From the NCBI GenBank assembly GCA_040752575.1, contig JBFMGK010000007.1, forward strand, positions 33,523-44,648: a stretch of DNA of 11,126 bases, in the 5' to 3' direction. The notes beneath the pieces were generated by a model that ran no database searches, was not told the DNA's origin, and was given only the letters and a program-made list of their open reading frames with translations. A program made the translations under genes and the position numbers. Positions 6,752 to 11,126 of the stretch are shown here, piece after piece. The stretch comes from Candidatus Bipolaricaulota bacterium. Lineage in GTDB: Bacteria; Bipolaricaulota; Bipolaricaulia; UBA7950; UBA9294. The first letter of the stretch is position 1. The number at the start of each line of letters is the position of its first letter.

Positions 6752-6823
6752 GGCCAGCTCGCGAAGGTAGCCGTCCAACTGGGCGACTTTGACCAGAACG
6801 CGCTGCCCGTCGAGCTCAGCCAT
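6743..6823 (-). pseudogene. 5' remnant of a HepT/DUF86-type toxin
   Basis: ATG 6823 overlaps the MNT stop; MAELDGQRVLVKVAQLDGYLRELAEII resembles the first helix of DUF86/HepT proteins; no RX4-6H motif region follows. Confidence 0.65.
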
Positions 6824-7208
6824 TGGCAACCGCCTCGAGGTACTCCTCGTGGATGTGCCGGAAGTCCTCGAAATGCTGGGCGGTCCGGAATGCCACGGTG
6901 TACAGCTTCTCTTCGTCACGGCAGAAGAGGACCTTCCCTTCCCTTAGTACCCTGACGCGAAGGTGAAGCGGCATCTGCTGGAAGATCTGGATGTCGAGGT
7001 CAAAGGATGCGAGGTACGCGACTCTCTTGTGGGACTGACCGAGGGCGTCGAGCTGCTTGTCCTCCAACACAAGGCACACGTCGACATCCGACCCGGCGCG
7101 AGCCTCTCCCCGCGCTTCGCTGCCGAACAGGATGACGGCCAGGACGTCACGATCGGCCTTCGCGTCTTCGAGGAGCTTCGCCAGCGCCACGGCGTCTCTC
7201 GACTGCAT
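6816..7208 (-). CDS. Minimal nucleotidyltransferase (MntA-type antitoxin)
   Basis: AVILFGSEARGEARAGSDVDVCLV, MPLHLRVRVLREGKVLFCRD; AAGGAGG SD before ATG 7208. Confidence 0.93.
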   Translation of the reverse strand: MQSRDAVALAKLLEDAKADRDVLAVILFGSEARGEARAGSDVDVCLVLEDKQLDALGQSHKRVAYLASFDLDIQIFQQMPLHLRVRVLREGKVLFCRDEEKLYTVAFRTAQHFEDFRHIHEEYLEAVANG

Positions 7209-7258
7209 CTCTCGACCCTCCTTCGACCCTGTATGCGTCAAATGACTATGAGAACGTA

Positions 7259-7267
7259 ATTGTAGCA
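7259..7267 (-). promoter_or_regulatory. Extended -10 promoter of the MNT/HepT operon
   Basis: TGCTACAAT (TGnTAnAAT) ~50 nt upstream of ATG 7208; GTCA-AA-TGAC palindrome at 7237-7246 is a possible operator. Confidence 0.62.
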
Positions 7268-7279
7268 TGGTGCGGGGCG

Positions 7280-7810
7280 GAGGGACGAAAGGCGTGCGGG
7301 CCCGAAGTCCGAAGTCCGGGATGCGGAGAAGCCTGTGTAGCGTCGCACCCTGTGTGCGACGTCGAGGTTTGGGATCGAGAGGCGGCCGTGGTCCGTAGTC
7401 TGGGGTCCGCAGTCCGGTGGTCCCGAGAAGCCGCTGTAGCGTCGCAGTGCCAGCCCAACAGCGCCTGCGCTGAGACACCTCGGCGTTGGGCCTGTCCGCG
7501 ACGTTCGTGTCGGGTTCGTGGATCTTGCACGCCGAAGCGCACCGTCTGGGGGCCGTCGCAGGCAAGCTGCGCGGAACGTCGCAGACAAGCTGCGCCGAAC
7601 AGGGGTTCTTGGGACGCGACGTTCAACACGGGCGCGAGGGGTTTGCACGTCGAATCGCGGTTTCTTGTGGACGGCGGAGCCTGGCCCAACGGCGGGGTGT
7701 TGGCGTGGCCGCTGTTGGGCTGGCGCTCGCCGGACGGCGGAGACAAGCTCACGCCGCTACAGCGGATCTTGGGGCGCGACGTTACTGACGGGATCGTCCC
7801 GGGTTCGCGG
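7280..7810. repeat. Repeat block 6: heptamers, forward and reverse REPs, two GCCCAAC/GTTGGGC hairpins
   Basis: REP 7337-7361; REP 7436-7503 with nested hairpin 7453-7491 identical to 2117-2155; CAAGCTGCG units shared with 2780-2830; 7678-7727 is an inverted copy of 1817-1866; reverse REP ~7735-7760. Confidence 0.9.
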
Positions 7811-7818
7811 GGCGCTTT

Positions 7819-8697
7819 CTAGCGCGGGTTCCAGACGACGTCGGGCATGCGGCGCGGAACGAGCCGGCGATAGGGTTGGAAGGGATAGCCGAGGATCATC
7901 GCGAGTTCGGGCGAGCGGCCGTCGGGGATCGCGAGATCGAGTCTCAGTTTGCGACTACGCGCGAGCACAACCTGGAACAGGCCGATCTCGCACGTCGTGA
8001 GGCCGAGAGCCTCGGCGGCAAGCATGACGTTGTACGCGGCAAAGACGGCGTTGTCGCGGCGGAAGGCGCCGCCGGAGCGCGTGGTCGCGATCAGCAGGAC
8101 GGGGGCGTTGTAGAAGATGGGGTCGTCGCCGCGCGTCCACCGCGCGACCATCTCGCGGGCGAGTTCGGGGTTCTCGGTCGCACTGCGAACGGCCTCTCGT
8201 CCGACGACGAGGGCGAGGAGCGATCGGATGACCGGCCGACGCGCCCAAGCAGCGAACCGTCCGATGCGGTCGATCGTTGCTTTGGACAGCTCGCGCAGGC
8301 GGGCGGGGTCGTCGATCGCGATCCAATCCACATCCTGAACGTTCTCCGCCGTCGGCGCGTAGCGGCTGGCGCTCGTCAGCTCGCGCACGACCTCGCGCGA
8401 CACCGGGCGCTCGGCGTAGGCGCGCGACGAACGGCGTGCTCGGACGAGCTGAACGACCTGCTCGATCGACGGCTGTCGCGACGGGACCAGAAGCGGTGAC
8501 TTCTCGAACGGGAAGGCGTCGTGGTCGATCGCATCGGTGGGACACACCGACACGCAATGCCCGCAACGCCAACACGCTTCCGGTTGGGCGACGTCGACCG
8601 TGGCCTCGCCGAACTCGTACACGCGCGCAATCGCGCAGGCGCGGACGCACGCTCCGCACCGCGTACATGCCTTGTGGTCAATCGTGATCGTACTCAT
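7819..8697 (-). CDS. Nitroreductase family protein with N-terminal 2x[4Fe-4S] ferredoxin domain
   Basis: CTRCGACVRAC and CWRCGHCVSVCP motifs; RRSSRAY, APTAENVQ, NVMLAAEALGLTTC and LGYP nitroreductase motifs. Confidence 0.95.
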   Translation of the reverse strand: MSTITIDHKACTRCGACVRACAIARVYEFGEATVDVAQPEACWRCGHCVSVCPTDAIDHDAFPFEKSPLLVPSRQPSIEQVVQLVRARRSSRAYAERPVSREVVRELTSASRYAPTAENVQDVDWIAIDDPARLRELSKATIDRIGRFAAWARRPVIRSLLALVVGREAVRSATENPELAREMVARWTRGDDPIFYNAPVLLIATTRSGGAFRRDNAVFAAYNVMLAAEALGLTTCEIGLFQVVLARSRKLRLDLAIPDGRSPELAMILGYPFQPYRRLVPRRMPDVVWNPR

Positions 8698-8838
8698 GAA
8701 GGCGTCCTTGCCACCGACAGTCTAGACTCCCAGCCGCGGCGTGGGCGTGACGGGATGGGGCTCGGCGGGGGACGAAGGGGGTGCGGCGAGGGGCCGCGTG
8801 TCACTCCGGCGTGCGCAGGAGAGACATAGGCTTGCGCC

Positions 8839-9084
8839 ATGGAACCGAACGAGTTCGTCGACCGCCTGCTGTCCGACGCGTCGCTCGACGCGATCGACTT
8901 CGCGAGCGACGTCGAACGGCTTCTCGCCGAGCAGGTGATCTTCCTGCGCGGGGAACTCGAGACGTGCCGCCGCGAGGCCGTCGTGGGCGCGCACCAGGTG
9001 ATCGAGCAGCTCTACGCGCGGATTCGCGCCCACGAGGACGAGGTCCGCTTCTTGCGCGGGCAACTCGCCTCGCGCGGCGGTTGA
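8839..9084 (+). CDS. Hypothetical small coiled-coil protein
   Basis: 81 aa, strong GC3 codon bias, helical heptad character, internal repeat FLRGEL/FLRGQL, directly upstream of prfA. Confidence 0.75.
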   Translation: MEPNEFVDRLLSDASLDAIDFASDVERLLAEQVIFLRGELETCRREAVVGAHQVIEQLYARIRAHEDEVRFLRGQLASRGG

Positions 9085-9117
9085 AACCCCCAGCGGCGTC
9101 GCGTAGCGTTACCCGCC

Positions 9118-10188
9118 ATGTCTCCGGTCGATCTCGATACCCATCTCGCCAAGGCGCGAGCTGAGCGCGGGCTTCTCGAAGAGCAGCTCTCGGCCCCGAA
9201 TGCCTACGCCCGCCCGGACTACCGCGAGATGTCCCAACGCTTCGCGCGACTTCACGAACTGATCCGCGTCGGCGACACGTGGGAGAAGACACGGGCCTCG
9301 ATTCACGAGATGGAGGAGCTGCGCGAGAGCGAGCCCGAGCTGCGCGACGAACTCGACATCGCAATCGGCGCCGACCGCATGAAGCTCGACGAACTCGCCG
9401 CGACCTTCCGCCGGCTGCTTGTTCCTCCCGACCCCAACGACGCGAAGAACGCGATCGTCGAGGTGCGCGCCGGCACGGGCGGCGACGAGTCGAGCCTGTT
9501 TGCCGCGGACCTGTTCCGGATGTACGCGCGCTACGCCGAGAAGGTGCGCCTGAAGGTCAACCTGCTCGACAGCCATCCGACGCCGCTCGGCGGATTCAAG
9601 CAGCTCACGTTCTCGGTCGAGGGCAAGGACGCCTACGGCATCTACCGCTACGAGTCGGGCGTGCACCGCGTGCAGCGCGTGCCCGAGACCGAGGCCCAGG
9701 GCCGCATCCACACGTCGACGGCGAGCGTCGTCGTACTCCCTGAGGTCGAGGACGTCGAGGTCGAGGTCGACCCGAACGACCTCAAGATCGAGACGTTCCG
9801 CTCCCAAGGCCCCGGCGGCCAGAGCGTCAACACGACGGACTCCGCCGTGCGGATCACCCACATCCCGACGGGCATCGTCGCGAGCTGTCAGGATGAGAAA
9901 TCGCAGATGAAGAACCGCGCCCAGGCGATGCGCGTCCTGCGCGCCCGGTTGCACGACCTCCACGAGCAGGAGACGCAGGCTGCGCTCAAGGAGACGCGGC
10001 GGGCGGCGATCGGGACGGCCGAGCGAAGCGAGAAGATCCGCACGTACAACTATCCCCAGAATCGCGTGACCGATCACCGCATCGGCCTTACGCTCTACGA
10101 CCTGTCGAGCATCCTCGAGGGAAACATGGAGGAGCTGCTCGACGCGTTGCGCTCCTCGGCGTCCGACGGCGACCTCGGCGAAGCGTAG
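9118..10188 (+). CDS. prfA: Peptide chain release factor 1
   Basis: [33 protein letters not shown] (PxT anticodon motif of RF1), GPGGQSVN (GGQ), [15 protein letters not shown]. Confidence 0.98.
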   Translation: MSPVDLDTHLAKARAERGLLEEQLSAPNAYARPDYREMSQRFARLHELIRVGDTWEKTRASIHEMEELRESEPELRDELDIAIGADRMKLDELAATFRRLLVPPDPNDAKNAIVEVRAGTGGDESSLFAADLFRMYARYAEKVRLKVNLLDSHPTPLGGFKQLTFSVEGKDAYGIYRYESGVHRVQRVPETEAQGRIHTSTASVVVLPEVEDVEVEVDPNDLKIETFRSQGPGGQSVNTTDSAVRITHIPTGIVASCQDEKSQMKNRAQAMRVLRARLHDLHEQETQAALKETRRAAIGTAERSEKIRTYNYPQNRVTDHRIGLTLYDLSSILEGNMEELLDALRSSASDGDLGEA

Positions 10189-10221
10189 CGTCCTGCGACG
10201 CCTCATCGGACCGACGGTTCG

Positions 10222-10250
10222 TTGACAGCGTCCGCGACGCCCGATACCAT
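10222..10250 (+). promoter_or_regulatory. Sigma70 promoter of tRNA-Ile
   Basis: TTGACA (10222-10227)-17 nt-TACCAT (10245-10250), 12 nt before the tRNA. Confidence 0.8.
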
Positions 10251-10262
10251 ACCCTGCCGTTG

Positions 10263-10336
10263 GGGTCTGTAGCTCAGCTGGTTAGAGCGCTCGCCTGATA
10301 AGCGGGAGGTCCCTGGTTCGAGTCCAGGCAGGCCCA
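10263..10336 (+). tRNA. tRNA-Ile(GAT), CCA not encoded
   Basis: GGGTCTG/CAGGCCC acceptor, A73, TAGCTCAGCTGGTTAGAGC D arm, CTCGC-CTGATAA-GCGGG anticodon arm, CCTGG-TTCGAGT-CCAGG T arm. Confidence 0.97.
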
Positions 10337-10554
10337 CTTGTCTTTTCACGCCCCCGGCGCATCGCGCCGCGAGGGCCAACCGCCTTTCCCACGTCGTGCG
10401 AGGGGGAGCCGGCCGTCTGCCCACGGCCGTTTCCTGGACGTCCGGGTTGACGTCCGTGCTGCGGAGCGGGAAAGTGGGGGCGAAGGGCCTCTTCTCTTCG
10501 CGCGTTTCTTGGGGTATCCTTCACTATCTGTAAAGCAACGGAAAAGGAGTTCGC

Positions 10555-10827
10555 ATGGCCGAGGACATCCAAGCAACGAACGAGGTGCTGATCGCGTCGA
10601 TCGACAAGGGACCGGCGGGGCGCATCCACGTCCGCGTCTCGACGTTCCGCGATCGCGACTACATCGACATCCGCAACTTCTACGAGGGCGAGGGCGGCGA
10701 GTGGCTCCCCACGCGCAAGGGCATCGCCGTGCCGATCGAGTTCTACACCGACCTTGTCGCGGCCCTTGCGACGGCCAAGGTCGAGATCGACCGCCGCGCC
10801 AAGGCACAAGAAGCCAGCGCCGCTTGA
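10555..10827 (+). CDS. PC4/p15-like single-stranded DNA-binding protein
   Basis: VRVSTFRDRDYIDIRNFY...EWLPTRKGIAV matches the PC4 signature (F.G..Y.DIR..Y...P..KGI.L); AAGGAG SD. Confidence 0.9.
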   Translation: MAEDIQATNEVLIASIDKGPAGRIHVRVSTFRDRDYIDIRNFYEGEGGEWLPTRKGIAVPIEFYTDLVAALATAKVEIDRRAKAQEASAA

Positions 10828-10865
10828 TGGGGGCGCCGCGCTCGGAGATAATGCCGTCTGATTCC

Positions 10866-10938
10866 GGTCCCGTCGTCTAGCGGCCTAGGATATCGGGCTC
10901 TCATCCCGGGGACACGGGTTCGAATCCCGTCGGGACCG
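10866..10938 (+). tRNA. tRNA-Glu(CTC), CCA not encoded
   Basis: GGTCCCG/CGGGACC acceptor, GTCTAGCGGCCTAGGAT D arm, TCGGG-CTCTCAT-CCCGG anticodon arm, short variable loop, ACGGG-TTCGAAT-CCCGT T arm. Confidence 0.97.
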
Positions 10939-10942
10939 CAGC

Positions 10943-10972
10943 GCGCGGCGCTCTGGGCGCCGCGTTTCGCTT
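10943..10972 (+). terminator. Probable intrinsic terminator after tRNA-Glu
   Basis: GCGCGGCGC-TCTGG-GCGCCGCGT hairpin followed by TTCGCTT, between convergent genes. Confidence 0.55.
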
Positions 10973-11126
10973 CTAGGGCGTCGCAGCGGCGGCGTCCGCC
11001 TCGGAGGCGAACACGATCTGCGAAGGGTCGTCGACGAGCAGAAACGGACCTCGCGCAATCGACGAGTAGTCGAGGAGGCCGGTCACCAAGACCTCGTCCC
11101 CGATCTTGAGCGCCATCAGCTCGCAC
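10973..11126 (-). CDS. 3' end of an unidentified protein, possibly OB-fold-like; 5' end beyond window
   Basis: Open frame ...CELMALKIGDEVLVTGLLDYSSIARGPFLLVDDPSQIVFASEADAAAATP* with coding-like codon use; LKIGDEVLVTG is reminiscent of OB folds. Confidence 0.65.
   Translation of the reverse strand, partial: CELMALKIGDEVLVTGLLDYSSIARGPFLLVDDPSQIVFASEADAAAATP

Noticed and set aside
7209..7565. N-terminal extension of the MNT to 249 aa as in the ORF track
   Set aside because: The extension translates repeat block 6; a strong SD and extended -10 point to ATG 7208.
1824..7720. Canonical integron cassette array
   Set aside because: Core-like ends are present, but the hairpins are only 37-39 bp, do not follow each gene, cargo orientation is mixed and no intI is visible. 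Kept only as a weak resemblance.
1760..7810. CRISPR array
   Set aside because: Repeats are mosaic, variable in length and orientation, not separated by uniform unique spacers; no cas genes.
9109..10206. 365-aa ORF antisense to prfA
   Set aside because: Shadow ORF caused by high GC3 codon bias of prfA.
10263..10938. tRNA 3'-end duplications marking an integrated element (attL/attR)
   Set aside because: No second copy of the 3' end of any of the three tRNAs was found by eye in the window, and no integrase is present.

Overview
GC-rich bacterial window with two housekeeping-type flanks around a ~6 kb accessory island. Left flank: the 5' part of a secreted papain-family (C1A) peptidase with lectin-like and LamG-like domains. 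It runs off the window and is missing from the ORF track. Right flank: ferredoxin-nitroreductase, a small coiled-coil ORF, prfA, tRNA-Ile(GAT), a PC4-like ssDNA-binding protein, tRNA-Glu(CTC) and a partial ORF. The island (~1760-7810) consists of six blocks of modular repeats (GTAG-type REP hairpins, a 100-bp double-hairpin unit, 7-mer/9-mer tandem arrays) separating type II toxin-antitoxin modules: vapBC, DUF2281-like/mazF, hicB/hicA, MNT/HEPN, a second hicB-like gene and MNT/HepT. Several toxins look disabled (VapC catalytic Asp->Val, truncated HicA, truncated HepT). The most unusual element sits in the first repeat-bounded slot: an 85-nt tRNA (2451-2535, minus strand) with a serine-type body (G1-C72, G2-C71, A3-U70, G73, G15-C48, Ser-type long variable arm) and a leucine GAG anticodon. 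About 75 nt downstream is a segment complementary to its own variable arm and anticodon arm. This is a candidate mistranslating tRNA with a cis-antisense lock; that function is inferred, not shown.
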